From the NCBI GenBank assembly GCA_050012755.1, contig JBEKGO010000002.1:96735-160734 (forward strand): DNA of 64,000 bases, read 5' to 3'. The DNA comes from Candidatus Bathyarchaeia archaeon (lineage in GTDB: Archaea; Thermoproteota; Bathyarchaeia; Bathyarchaeales; Bathycorpusculaceae). Positions within the stretch are counted from its first letter, which is position 1; each line of letters begins with the position of its first letter. A program made the translations under genes and the position numbers. The notes under the pieces were generated by a model, which was given only the letters and a program-made list of their open reading frames with translations, was not told where the DNA came from and did not search any database. Positions 30,932 to 40,710 of this stretch are shown one piece after another.

Positions 30932-31181
30932 AATACTTTTCGTTAATTAAGCAACCTAAAGCCATTTTAAGGAAATATGTAACATTTTTTTTCAACCTCT
31001 GGAAGGAACTAAAAAAACGAAATACACGGGACATGTAGCTGGACTACGCAAGTTATATTAAATAGCATGCACCTAAATTTTATCAAACTAATAAGATAAT
31101 TAAAATCTCATTATTGCGAGATAAACTCGCTATATGCGATTTAATATAATTAAATAATTTACAAATAGGAAGTGCATATTT

Positions 31182-32360
31182 ACGGGAACATCCCAAACAT
31201 TTACGATAAAGTACGTTATCCACGCGAAATTTGAAATTGAAGGCGTAGTTGAAAAACCTGATGTTATAGGCGCAGTTTTTGGTCAAACAGAAGGGCTTTT
31301 TGGACCTGAACTTGATCTTAGAGAACTCCAAAAAACAGGCCGCATCGGAAGAATCGAAATTGATTTACATTCCAAAAACGACAAGACCTCGGGTTTAATA
31401 ACTATTCCAACAAGTTTGGATCGAGTTTCGACAGCTCTTATTGCAGCAAGCATCGAAAGCATTAACCGTGTCGGTCCGTGCTCAGCAAAAGTCGGAATAG
31501 ACAGAATCGAAGATATTCGAGAAGCACGTAGAAAAGTCATTATTGACCGAGCTAAAGAAATCCTTCACAAATGGACTATAGAGTCAATGCCAAGCGTCGA
31601 TGACGTTTATAAAGAAATCTCTGAAACTATGAAAGTTGGCAAAGTGGAAAAGTATGGTCCAGAAGATTTGCCTGCTGGTCCAGGGTTAGATGCTGCTAAA
31701 GAAATTTTTGTTGTTGAAGGACGCGCAGATATCATCAATTTAATGCGTTGCGGAATTTTCAATACCGTTGCCCTTGAAGGCGCCAAAGTTCCAGAGTCAA
31801 TAAAGAAGTTAACCAAAGAAAAAATAGCCACTGCCCTACTGGATGGCGACCGAGGCGGCGATTTAATACTTAAAGAGCTAATCCAAGTTACAAACGTCAA
31901 ATTTGTCGGCCGCGCCCCGAGAGGAAAAGAAATCGAAGAATGCAACTGCAAAGAAATCGCTGAAGCCATAGAAAATAAACTACCAATAACAGAAGCCGCA
32001 GCCCCACCACCTAAACCCGCCAAAAAACCTGAACCGCCAGCACCTCACCACATTAAAGTTGAAGTCCCAGAGCCTGTAGGTCAAGCGGCAAAAGCATTAC
32101 AAGGCACACTTGAAGCAGTTTTGCTGAACGATAAATTTGAATTTGTTGAGCGGTTACCTGTAAGCCAATTAGCTGAGAAACTTCAGCAAGTAACTGGCGT
32201 TGACACAGTAGTTTTCGACGGCATCATCACCCAGAGAATCGTTGACATTGCAGCTGACAAAAACATCAGACGCATCGTTGCATCGCGAATTTCAGAAGCA
32301 GTGAAGCCAGCATTAAACGTAGAATTGGCAACTTTCCAAGATGCCATACCTCAAGCCTAA
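31182..32360 (+). CDS. dnaG: Archaeal DnaG (TOPRIM primase-like / exosome subunit), probable non-canonical start
   Basis: Conserved N-terminus TIKYVIHAKFEIEGVVEKPDVIGAVFGQTEGL lies in frame 78 codons upstream of the track's start; TOPRIM motifs VEGRAD and DGDRGG. Confidence 0.92.
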   Translation, partial: TGTSQTFTIKYVIHAKFEIEGVVEKPDVIGAVFGQTEGLFGPELDLRELQKTGRIGRIEIDLHSKNDKTSGLITIPTSLDRVSTALIAASIESINRVGPCSAKVGIDRIEDIREARRKVIIDRAKEILHKWTIESMPSVDDVYKEISETMKVGKVEKYGPEDLPAGPGLDAAKEIFVVEGRADIINLMRCGIFNTVALEGAKVPESIKKLTKEKIATALLDGDRGGDLILKELIQVTNVKFVGRAPRGKEIEECNCKEIAEAIENKLPITEAAAPPPKPAKKPEPPAPHHIKVEVPEPVGQAAKALQGTLEAVLLNDKFEFVERLPVSQLAEKLQQVTGVDTVVFDGIITQRIVDIAADKNIRRIVASRISEAVKPALNVELATFQDAIPQA

Positions 32361-34744
32361 ACATAATCCATTAAGCTTCTGATTTCTTCAGTTTCTTTTG
32401 CTTCCTTTTTGATCAACTCTTTTTCTGTCACATTGAAGAATCCAAGAATTCTAGCGGCAGCAGGAACTATCTGGTTGGTGATGTAGTAATCGACATCGAC
32501 TTCATCGTATTTTGCGAAAACGTAGGGTTTCACGCGACTGTAAAAACGTCCTTGACCCCCAAGTATGACAAAGCCTACCTTGTCGCCTGCTGTTAGACGC
32601 CAGCCTTTTTCTTTAAGCATCTTTGCAGCTTCAACATGGGGAGCTCTAATGGCGTACTGTTCAGGGGCTTTAGTTAGCGTTTTCCAAATTATGAGGTCAT
32701 GAAACGGAACTTTTCTTTGCCTTAGCTCTGCTATTACTTTGTGAACGTATGCTGTTGCATTTTCAGGGGATTGTTCCTTTAGAATTATTTCAAGAACGTG
32801 TTCTTGCACTTTTTTTGCAACTTCAGCCCAATCTCCACGGATAACTTCCAGTCCAACGATGTCTAAACTACCGTCCAGCCGCAAGCCTGCATAACGTTTT
32901 TTGGCTTCTGTGAAGAAAATGCGTTTGTAAACTTCACCAACTTCTACCTCTAAACCTAAATCTTCGCCGATTTTCCCTTTAAGTTCAAGAAGCTTTTTTT
33001 CGTCATTTGTCAAGAAGAGGCTGTCTGTGTCACCGTAAATAATTGTTAAGCCTTTATTTTCGGCTAAGTGGGTAGCGCTTAATATCGTGTGTCGGCCCCA
33101 CGCGGATGCTGCTTCTGCGACTGGTTTAATGTACCATCTTGCGCCAACCCAGCCAGCGTAGCCGTAAGCGGCGTTTGTAATGATTTTTACTGCCTTTTGT
33201 CTTGCATCCAAAATGCTGTACTCAACTGTGCTGGGGCTTAACCTTTTCATTTGCAAGCGTATTTTGCTTCTAACCTCTATCAGGTAGGTTAATGCTTCTT
33301 TGTAGAAACCAGGTGGTGCCTTGCGGAATCGATGCTTGACTTCTGGCGCTTCATAAACTCCTGCTGGTGGTTCAGGCTCCTCTGGTGCAACGTAGGTGTC
33401 TGGGGAGAGATTGTATCTTATCATGATATTAGGATACATTGATTTGAAATCTAAAACGGCTACATTATCATGCAATCCCGGTTTTGGACTAAGCACTAAC
33501 CCCCCAGCGTAAGGGCGATAAGGCTGCTCTATACGTCTAGGTATGAGCTCGCCGATTTTGCTGGTTTGCTTAATCAAAAACCACTCAACCCTAAATCCTA
33601 CGGCGGCAGTCATCACATGGTCCAATGGTAAACTGACTAAGTTTGAAAGTTGCATTGCGAAATCAAGCAGCAAAGTAGCGGATTGGTGGATTTTTCGAGC
33701 GTTGTTTAAGCTGAACTCTTTGAGGGCTTCTCTTTTTTGCGGTTGATCCCAGTAATCTGGAAATTCAACATCTTCAATTTCCGTGTTTGACTGGTTTTTC
33801 ATTACGCCTAAATAGTAAGCCAAGTTGGAAAGGGTTCTAATTTTCACTTCGGGAAAAACATCCATAAAATCGGCGAGATCAACGTTTGCTATGCCTGTAA
33901 ATGAGACGTGACCGTAAATGCTGGTATGCGGTTCTTTTTTGCTTCGGTCGACGTCAAAGGTTCTCTGGAGACGGTGGCTTCGCTTTATGAGGTAATCCCA
34001 ATCTTGCGCGTTAGCCCCAAAACCAACAATGACGTCAGGATCAAACAGGCAAACGTAATCAATGAATTCTTGAAGAATAGGATTGTCGTTCTTGTCGTCA
34101 CCCGCGGTAAACTGCTTTTCTTTTCCATCGCTTGCAACGGTAGAAATTATTACTACTGGATTTCTGTCTGGTTTGGGCGAGCCCTCCCGACTGTAACTTA
34201 TCATTGAGAAACTGATTGTTTTAAGCGGGGGTTTATCGACGCAATCAAGCTGTTTGGGAATGGATTTCGCAACATAAACTTTGTCAACTCTTACGTTAGA
34301 TTTCCTTTCTTCTTCCTCAACCTCTGCTTCGTGCCAAGCGCACGGAGCCACATCGTTATCAATTAGGTATCGCATTGCAACGCGAATGTCGTCTTCGAGG
34401 CATTCTTTTATTCCTTCGAAGCTTCGAAGCTCCTTTGCAAGCTTGACTGTTTCAGTTGCAACCTTGCAGCAGATTTTTATTGCTTTCACGGGCTTGCCGA
34501 AGAACTTGCGCTCAACAGCTTCCGCTTTCACGATTGAAGATGGGTAAGCGTTCATGATTTCAGATGCAGTATGCAATACGTCACATTCGTCTTTGACCAC
34601 AACGTAAAAGTAAGCATTAACATTTCTTTCAATAATTAACACTCGGTCTCCGCTTTTGTCAATTCCCCAGAGCCACAACTCAACAGATGTACCATCAATT
34701 TTGGGATTAATGTCTAGAAGCCAAAAAGACACTTTCACAGACAA
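32357..34744 (-). CDS. polB: Family B DNA polymerase (PolB3-like), proofreading motifs degenerate
   Basis: DFKSMYP, KIITNAAYGY, YGDTDS and KKRYAG are intact. Confidence 0.95.
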   Translation of the reverse strand: MSVKVSFWLLDINPKIDGTSVELWLWGIDKSGDRVLIIERNVNAYFYVVVKDECDVLHTASEIMNAYPSSIVKAEAVERKFFGKPVKAIKICCKVATETVKLAKELRSFEGIKECLEDDIRVAMRYLIDNDVAPCAWHEAEVEEEERKSNVRVDKVYVAKSIPKQLDCVDKPPLKTISFSMISYSREGSPKPDRNPVVIISTVASDGKEKQFTAGDDKNDNPILQEFIDYVCLFDPDVIVGFGANAQDWDYLIKRSHRLQRTFDVDRSKKEPHTSIYGHVSFTGIANVDLADFMDVFPEVKIRTLSNLAYYLGVMKNQSNTEIEDVEFPDYWDQPQKREALKEFSLNNARKIHQSATLLLDFAMQLSNLVSLPLDHVMTAAVGFRVEWFLIKQTSKIGELIPRRIEQPYRPYAGGLVLSPKPGLHDNVAVLDFKSMYPNIMIRYNLSPDTYVAPEEPEPPAGVYEAPEVKHRFRKAPPGFYKEALTYLIEVRSKIRLQMKRLSPSTVEYSILDARQKAVKIITNAAYGYAGWVGARWYIKPVAEAASAWGRHTILSATHLAENKGLTIIYGDTDSLFLTNDEKKLLELKGKIGEDLGLEVEVGEVYKRIFFTEAKKRYAGLRLDGSLDIVGLEVIRGDWAEVAKKVQEHVLEIILKEQSPENATAYVHKVIAELRQRKVPFHDLIIWKTLTKAPEQYAIRAPHVEAAKMLKEKGWRLTAGDKVGFVILGGQGRFYSRVKPYVFAKYDEVDVDYYITNQIVPAAARILGFFNVTEKELIKKEAKETEEIRSLMDYV

Positions 34745-34909
34745 TTCGCCAATAATAACTAGAACAAATTTGCCTTTAAACTTTTAACGGGGCAAACAGT
34801 CTAACAAGTCATTAATTCTAAATACTAAAAGCGACTATAAAACGAGCAAGGGTTAATATGAAATCTTTAACTTTACGTGGCATTGCTTAAGGTATGGCGT
34901 GAATGAATT

Positions 34910-35644
34910 ATGATAATGGATTATGAAGTGTTTGAACCAGAAGATGAACGCCTTGCAAAGATTATCGTAAGATTTCTTCAGGAAAAAGGGTACAATGCCA
35001 GTTATCAACTCGGTTACCCTAATAATAAAATCTTCATAAGAGTTGACACTAAAGAAGAAGCAAACAGAATTTCAGGGATAATTAGAAGGTTCATGGAAGA
35101 GTTCAGACTAACTGGAAGCGAAATAACATTTGACGAATTAAGGAAGTCAATAAGTATACCCGACCGCGCACTGACAGAAGCAGAAAATGCAGCAAATTTG
35201 GCAACAAAACCTGAACCCGAATCAGAAAAATCCGAGCCAGAAGAACCTGAACCAGAAGAACTAGAGCCAGAACTTGAAGAACCTGAAGCAGAACCAATAT
35301 TTGAACTTGAGCCAGAGCCAGAAACCGAAGAACCTAAACTAGAACCAACTCCTGAAATAGAGTTAGAACCTGAACCCGAAAAACCTGAACCAGAACCAAC
35401 TCCTGAGCTAGAACTAGAGACAGAACCAGAAAAATCTGAGACAATTTCCGAACTTGAGCTAGAACCAGAAACCGAAGAACCTGAACTAGAACCAATACTT
35501 GAACTCGAGCCAGAACCAGAAAAACCTGCGCTAGAACCAACTCCTGAGCTAGAACTAGAGACAGAACCAGAAGAACCTGAAAAACCTGAACCAGAAAAAA
35601 AACCCGACGCGAAGAACAAATCCCAATTTCAATTCTCCTTATAA
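34910..35644 (+). CDS. Hypothetical protein with long Glu/Pro-rich repetitive tail
   Basis: ~85 aa globular N-terminus followed by EPEPE repeats. Confidence 0.7.
   Translation: MIMDYEVFEPEDERLAKIIVRFLQEKGYNASYQLGYPNNKIFIRVDTKEEANRISGIIRRFMEEFRLTGSEITFDELRKSISIPDRALTEAENAANLATKPEPESEKSEPEEPEPEELEPELEEPEAEPIFELEPEPETEEPKLEPTPEIELEPEPEKPEPEPTPELELETEPEKSETISELELEPETEEPELEPILELEPEPEKPALEPTPELELETEPEEPEKPEPEKKPDAKNKSQFQFSL
35392..35572 (+). repeat. Exact 40-nt direct repeat within the E/P tail
   Basis: AGAACCAACTCCTGAGCTAGAACTAGAGACAGAACCAGAA at 35392-35431 and 35533-35572. Confidence 0.85.
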
Positions 35645-35769
35645 GTGGAGCGGTTCATTTTACTAAACTCTCCACTATTACGGAGAGTTGTTTCAACTCT
35701 TGCCTTATGTAGCTACTTAGTTTGATTGAAAGTTATGGTTAGTTTGGAAAGGCCTTGAGCGTACGCGCT

Positions 35770-35913
35770 TTATATTTCATATGGCTGGGGGTTATTTTCC
35801 ACAAAAAATCTTTTAAAACGTACAGTGCTGCAATGTTTACATATGGTTAAAATTTCATCTCCGCGAACTTTGGTCGCAATTTCGCGGCAACCACAATTGG
35901 GACATTTATTCAT
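35770..35913 (-). CDS. 47-aa CPxCG zinc-finger microprotein
   Basis: MNKCPNCGCREIATKVRGDEILTICKHCSTVRF...; below the ORF-track cutoff. Confidence 0.6.
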   Translation of the reverse strand: MNKCPNCGCREIATKVRGDEILTICKHCSTVRFKRFFVENNPQPYEI

Positions 35914-36419
35914 TGGCTAAAACCTTTTGATTTTAATTGATGGTCTACCTAGCTTTTACAGACTTCAAGTTCTTCAATAATCTGTTTTGGTTTAAAGAAT
36001 AATAAGCCTTATGAATCAAAAATATGAATCAGAAAGTTTAGCGTTAGAGCCCAAAAATATCACTCATCTTTATCCTCACTTCCCAACTTCATTCTGAACG
36101 TTAATTTGATGAAGAAACGGCTAACAGGCTAAGGTATCGCCTTCTAATTTCTAAAAAGAAGAAAAATCCTCCACCATCTACAACCAAAGCATTAATTTTT
36201 ATTGAAAGAACAACAATTGGAAAACGGTTGTTGTGTTCTTCTTCCTTTCATATACGCTTGCATTTACACCAACTCAAACGTGTATTCAAGATTTCAGATT
36301 GAGTGTTTTGGGGATTTTGGTGAAGACCACCTAGTCATTGACGGATAAGCTGGTTAAGATTCCTATTTTAGTTGTGGATAGGAAAGTATTTTAGAATAGG
36401 ATAATACTTTTAATGTTGA

Positions 36420-36668
36420 GTGAACAGAATGGAAATCTTAGATTCAAAAGTAGTGAAGGTTACGCGAAGGGGGCAGACTACCATTCCTGTGGAGATTAGG
36501 GAACAGTTTGGAATCAAAGAAGGCGACAAACTCCTTGTACAAGTCACGGAAAAAGGAATACTGTTCAAGCCCGTACCAAAACTCTTGGATATGGCAGGAA
36601 TCGATGCAGGATATGCAGCACCTGAAAAAATAAATAAGATGATTGATAAACTCAGAGAAGAATACTGA
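36420..36668 (+). CDS. vapB: AbrB/MazE-family antitoxin (VapB)
   Basis: VKVTRRGQTTIPVEIREQFGIKEGD. Confidence 0.9.
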   Translation: MNRMEILDSKVVKVTRRGQTTIPVEIREQFGIKEGDKLLVQVTEKGILFKPVPKLLDMAGIDAGYAAPEKINKMIDKLREEY

Positions 36669-36669
36669 T

Positions 36670-37068
36670 TTGAAAGAAGTTTTAGATACAAGGTTTCTGA
36701 GAGAATATTTCTATCCCAGTCGAGCAGAAATAAAGGAAAAAGCCACCAGAAAACTAGATGCCATCATCGCAAAAAACGAAGGCATACTGCCGACGATAGT
36801 AATAGCGGAAATAACTCAAATTACGTGTGAAATAAGAGGAAAGGACATGGCAGAAAGCCGCTATCAAGCCCTAATTCAAAGCGGTTTGGAAATCCAAAAT
36901 CTTACCCCAATAATTGCAAAACAAGCAGGTCTATACAAGACACAATGCAAGAATTTACCCATGGGTGACTGCATAATTGCTGCAACTGCAATAATAAACC
37001 ATGCAAAAATACTATCAGATGATCCACATTTTGATTGTTTAACAGAAACAAGACGGGTATGGATCTGA
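36670..37068 (+). CDS. vapC: PIN-domain toxin (VapC)
   Basis: VLDTRF, IAE, GDCIIAATA, SDDPHF; starts 1 nt after the antitoxin stop. Confidence 0.9.
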   Translation: MKEVLDTRFLREYFYPSRAEIKEKATRKLDAIIAKNEGILPTIVIAEITQITCEIRGKDMAESRYQALIQSGLEIQNLTPIIAKQAGLYKTQCKNLPMGDCIIAATAIINHAKILSDDPHFDCLTETRRVWI

Positions 37069-37144
37069 ACTTAATTACTGAAAAGGTATTACCCTTAAAT
37101 ATACACTTAAAGTGGTATTGTAAGCGAGTAATGGATGGTCAATT

Positions 37145-37819
37145 ATGCGTTTAGTAGTGCGGATAGGCGGCTCAGTAGTTGCGTCACCAATAAATACCAA
37201 GTTGATGAGCGAATATGTTGACTTGATAAAAGCCGTGAATGCAAAAGGGCATGAGGTTGCGGTTGTAGTGGGAGGCGGCGCCTTAGCACGGGAATTTATC
37301 AAAATTGCTAAAGATTTGGACTTAGACATGCAAGCGCAGGATGAAATTGCCATTTCTTGTTCACGCTTGTTTGCTCAGCTTTTCCTTAAAAAATTGGGCG
37401 CGACGGGATGCAGCAAAGTTGCAATAACGCTCGATGATGCTGAAGCCTGCCTAGCCAAGGGCAAGATTGTCGTGATGGGAGGTTTAAAACCTGGAATCAC
37501 CACAGACGCAGTTGCAGCATTAGTGGCCGAAAGGGTTAATGCTGATTTGCTGATTAAAGGCACCGATCAGAATGGCGTATACAATAAGGACCCCAGAAAA
37601 CATGCGGACGCGGTTAAGCTGGATCATTTAGGTTTTGACGATTTATCCAAGGTTTTCGAAGAGAGTGAGCACAAAGCAGGGATACATCAAATTATTGATC
37701 CTGAAGCCGTCAAAGTTCTGAAGCGGAAACAGTTGAAGCTGATCGTTGTTAATGGATTTAAGCCACAGAATATTTTGGCTGCGATCGAAGGCAAGAACGT
37801 AGGTACAACAATAAGTTAA
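37145..37819 (+). CDS. pyrH: Uridylate kinase
   Basis: IGGSV, VVVGGGALAR, PGITTDAVA, GVYNKDP. Confidence 0.93.
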   Translation: MRLVVRIGGSVVASPINTKLMSEYVDLIKAVNAKGHEVAVVVGGGALAREFIKIAKDLDLDMQAQDEIAISCSRLFAQLFLKKLGATGCSKVAITLDDAEACLAKGKIVVMGGLKPGITTDAVAALVAERVNADLLIKGTDQNGVYNKDPRKHADAVKLDHLGFDDLSKVFEESEHKAGIHQIIDPEAVKVLKRKQLKLIVVNGFKPQNILAAIEGKNVGTTIS

Positions 37820-38077
37820 AACCTCTCTCATTCTCCAACTCCGCGATATTTACTGCAATCAAAAACTCAAGATGTTTACCAGAAATCATGTATCCTTAGC
37901 GGTTGCACCTATTTTGTGATGGGGGAACTGTAACTTTTGAGAGCAAAAAAGGTGATGGTACAAAATGCACCGTCAAATTTCCAGTTCCAAGTAAATTACA
38001 CACACTTTGCAGTTTATCTTTCTTAGACTTTTTAACAAATTTTTTCCCGTATATTTGTATTGATTAACGGCAATAAA

Positions 38078-38135
38078 TTTAAATATCACATTCGATATCG
38101 CATTTGACATCGATAACGATATCAATAGTGATATG
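38078..38135 (+). promoter_or_regulatory. TATA box overlapped by five GATATC-like hexamers at 12-bp spacing (putative PadR operator array)
   Basis: TTTAAATA at 38078; AATATC 38082, GATATC 38094, GACATC 38106, GATATC 38118, GATATG 38130. Confidence 0.7.
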
Positions 38136-38137
38136 TA

Positions 38138-38746
38138 ATGGATAAAGAAGAAAGAGAAGAAAAGAAAGAAATTAAACATCAACTTCGTGAAGAAAAACAC
38201 ATGATGTTCCATAGACGCAACTGGCTACGACACAATGCCATGGTCCCAAAAGGATTCCTGCGATACCATGTTCTTGAAGCACTCAACGAAAAACCGATGT
38301 CCGGTTCAGAACTCATGGATCAAATACAAAAACACACAGAAGGAGCATGGAAACCTAGCCCAGGCTCAATCTACCCGCTTCTTGCTTGGCTCCAAGACAA
38401 CACCTACGTAAAAGAGCTGCCTAACGAGAATGGGTTTAAACGCTATGAGTTAACTCAAAACGGCAAAGACTTTTTTGAGGAACAAACCAAAATCAGAGAA
38501 AAATTTACTCCAGATTCAGGTTTTCTAGCTAGTCCCTTCTTTGACAGATTCGTTGGAAATATCCCAGAGGAAAAAACAAAGCAAATACGAGGGTCAATGA
38601 GACGCCTCTTCGTTGCGTCAATTAAACTTGCTAAAGCCTTGAGACAAAACTATTCTGAAAAAGAATTAGATGAAGCACTTAAAGTGCTTGATGAAGCCTC
38701 AACAAGACTTGAAGAAATACGAAACAAAATGACAGGCGAAGACTAA
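38138..38746 (+). CDS. PadR-family transcriptional regulator
   Basis: KPMSGSEL, WKPSPGSIYPLL, KRYELTQNG. Confidence 0.92.
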   Translation: MDKEEREEKKEIKHQLREEKHMMFHRRNWLRHNAMVPKGFLRYHVLEALNEKPMSGSELMDQIQKHTEGAWKPSPGSIYPLLAWLQDNTYVKELPNENGFKRYELTQNGKDFFEEQTKIREKFTPDSGFLASPFFDRFVGNIPEEKTKQIRGSMRRLFVASIKLAKALRQNYSEKELDEALKVLDEASTRLEEIRNKMTGED

Positions 38747-39754
38747 ATGAATGAAAATGAAGAAGTCATAAAAGTGGAAGGGTTAACCAAAGTTTACAAC
38801 CATAGCTTAACTGCCGTGGACCACATAAGCTTCGGTGTTAAACGCGGCGAAATCTTTGGTTTTCTCGGGCCCAACGGTGCAGGAAAAACCACCACCATAA
38901 GCATGCTAATAACAGTTACAAAACCAACCGAAGGAAAAGCCACCATTCTAGGCGGCGACATCTCAAAACAAAGTATGGATGTACGAAGTGTAATCGGTGT
39001 TGTCCCGCAGGAATATACTGCGGACGAAGACCTAACAGGCATTGAAAATATACTCTTATGCGCAGACCTCTACGGCATTCCCCGCTTAGTGTCAAAAAAA
39101 CGGGCTGCAGACCTTTTAAATCTAGTTGAGTTAACCTCATTTAAAGACAAACGGGTCCAAACGTACTCAGGCGGAATGCGCAGAAGATTAGAACTGGCAT
39201 GCGGCTTAATTAACCGTCCAAAAGTCCTCTTTCTAGACGAACCCACATTGGGCTTAGACGTGCAAACTCGAGCAGCAACCTGGAATTATGTTAGAATGCT
39301 CAAAAAAGAATTCGGCATGACCCTCTTCTTAACCACACATTACCTTGAGGAAGCAGATGCCTTGTGCGACCGCATAGCAATAATTGATCATGGAAAAATC
39401 GTTGTAATTGGCAGCCCAATTGAACTTAAAGATAGCTTAGGCGGAGACATCATAACTTTAAGCATTCAAAAAGACGAAGACATCACTGGATTAATCGGTA
39501 AAATTGAGCATGTTAAAGAGGTCAAAAAAGAAAATGGATCCTACATGATAAAATCTTCTAACGGAGAATTAACCGCGCCCTTAATCATTGAAGCACTACG
39601 AAAGAATGGACACGTGGTAACAAAACTCTCATTGACAAAACCAACCTTAAACGAAGTCTATCTTATGTACACTGGAAAGTCAATGCGTGACGCAGAGGAA
39701 TCCCGTGAAGCAGTTATGCAGCAAAGAATGGCTATGAGGAGGGCAGGACGATGA
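38747..39754 (+). CDS. ABC-2 exporter ATP-binding subunit (DrrA-like)
   Basis: GPNGAGKTT, YSGGMRRRL, LFLDEPT, TTHYLEEAD. Confidence 0.93.
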   Translation: MNENEEVIKVEGLTKVYNHSLTAVDHISFGVKRGEIFGFLGPNGAGKTTTISMLITVTKPTEGKATILGGDISKQSMDVRSVIGVVPQEYTADEDLTGIENILLCADLYGIPRLVSKKRAADLLNLVELTSFKDKRVQTYSGGMRRRLELACGLINRPKVLFLDEPTLGLDVQTRAATWNYVRMLKKEFGMTLFLTTHYLEEADALCDRIAIIDHGKIVVIGSPIELKDSLGGDIITLSIQKDEDITGLIGKIEHVKEVKKENGSYMIKSSNGELTAPLIIEALRKNGHVVTKLSLTKPTLNEVYLMYTGKSMRDAEESREAVMQQRMAMRRAGR

Positions 39755-40665
39755 GCGGAACGAATGATACTCAAAATTCAAAAAGCAGAATGCATGGTCT
39801 TTGGGCACTAACTAATCGGGAACTCAAAAAATGGTATCAACAACCCTTTGTTTTAGTGATGGGGATACTTCAGCCGATTCTGTGGCTATCACTACTAGGA
39901 AAAGCAATGAACATAGGAAATCTTTTTTCGGCCAAATCCTTGCCGCAGTTGCCACAGCTAACGCCGGCTTTGACGCCATCACAGCTCCAGGGGCTAGGCG
40001 CTTACTTTGGTAGTTTTCAGAGCACCGTCATGCAGCACACTTTCGGAACAGCAGATTATTTCTCATTTATGGCAATGAGCATGGTAGCATTCACCGTAGT
40101 ATTCACAACAGCATTCGTAGGCATGTCAGTAGTTTGGGATAAACGCCTAGGCTTCATGAATAAAGTCCTGAGCACTCCAGTATCAAGATCAGCCATTATC
40201 ATGTCAAAAGTACTTGCTGCAAGCGTCCGAGCAATATTCCAATCGGCCATTGTGGTAGTAGTAGCATTCGCGTTGGGACTCAGCACAGGAACCAACTTCG
40301 CTTGGTACAGTATATTCGGAATATTCGCCATTGTATTCCTGATTAGCGTTGGCCTATCATCGTTCTTCACTGCCTTAACACTGAGAGCAACAAGAATGGA
40401 GATGCCTCAAGCAATCTTCCAACTGGTGACCCTGCCACTGATGTTTGCAAGCAGCGCCTACTTCCCAATTGCCCAAATGCCAAATTGGCTTCAAGCAATC
40501 GCAAACGTGAACCCAATATCATACACAATTGACGCAGTAAGAAGACTAATGGTGTATAGTGATGGATTCGGACCTCTACCACTTGACTTTGCATACGTCG
40601 GAATCTTCGCAGTCGTCGTGACTGCTGTATGCGTCGTTCTCTCATGGAGATACCTGAACAAATAA
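39751..40665 (+). CDS. ABC-2 exporter permease (DrrB-like)
   Basis: Six TM helices, LSTPVSR, NPISYTIDAVR. Confidence 0.9.
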   Translation: MSGTNDTQNSKSRMHGLWALTNRELKKWYQQPFVLVMGILQPILWLSLLGKAMNIGNLFSAKSLPQLPQLTPALTPSQLQGLGAYFGSFQSTVMQHTFGTADYFSFMAMSMVAFTVVFTTAFVGMSVVWDKRLGFMNKVLSTPVSRSAIIMSKVLAASVRAIFQSAIVVVVAFALGLSTGTNFAWYSIFGIFAIVFLISVGLSSFFTALTLRATRMEMPQAIFQLVTLPLMFASSAYFPIAQMPNWLQAIANVNPISYTIDAVRRLMVYSDGFGPLPLDFAYVGIFAVVVTAVCVVLSWRYLNK

Positions 40666-40710
40666 ATACATGAATTATCTAACGACACGGAAGCAACGGA
40701 GCAAAAAGCT

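Noticed and set aside
30558-31180. Possible replication origin (AT-rich gap near parB, dnaG and polB)
   Set aside because: No recognisable ORB/mini-ORB repeats and no cdc6/orc1 gene in the window; the AT-rich part is explained by the dnaG promoter.
35014-35619. 201-aa Ser/Gly-rich ORF on the minus strand
   Set aside because: Antisense shadow of the Glu/Pro repeat gene.
36420-37068. vapBC as a novel defence system
   Set aside because: Ordinary AbrB-PIN toxin-antitoxin pair, common in archaea.
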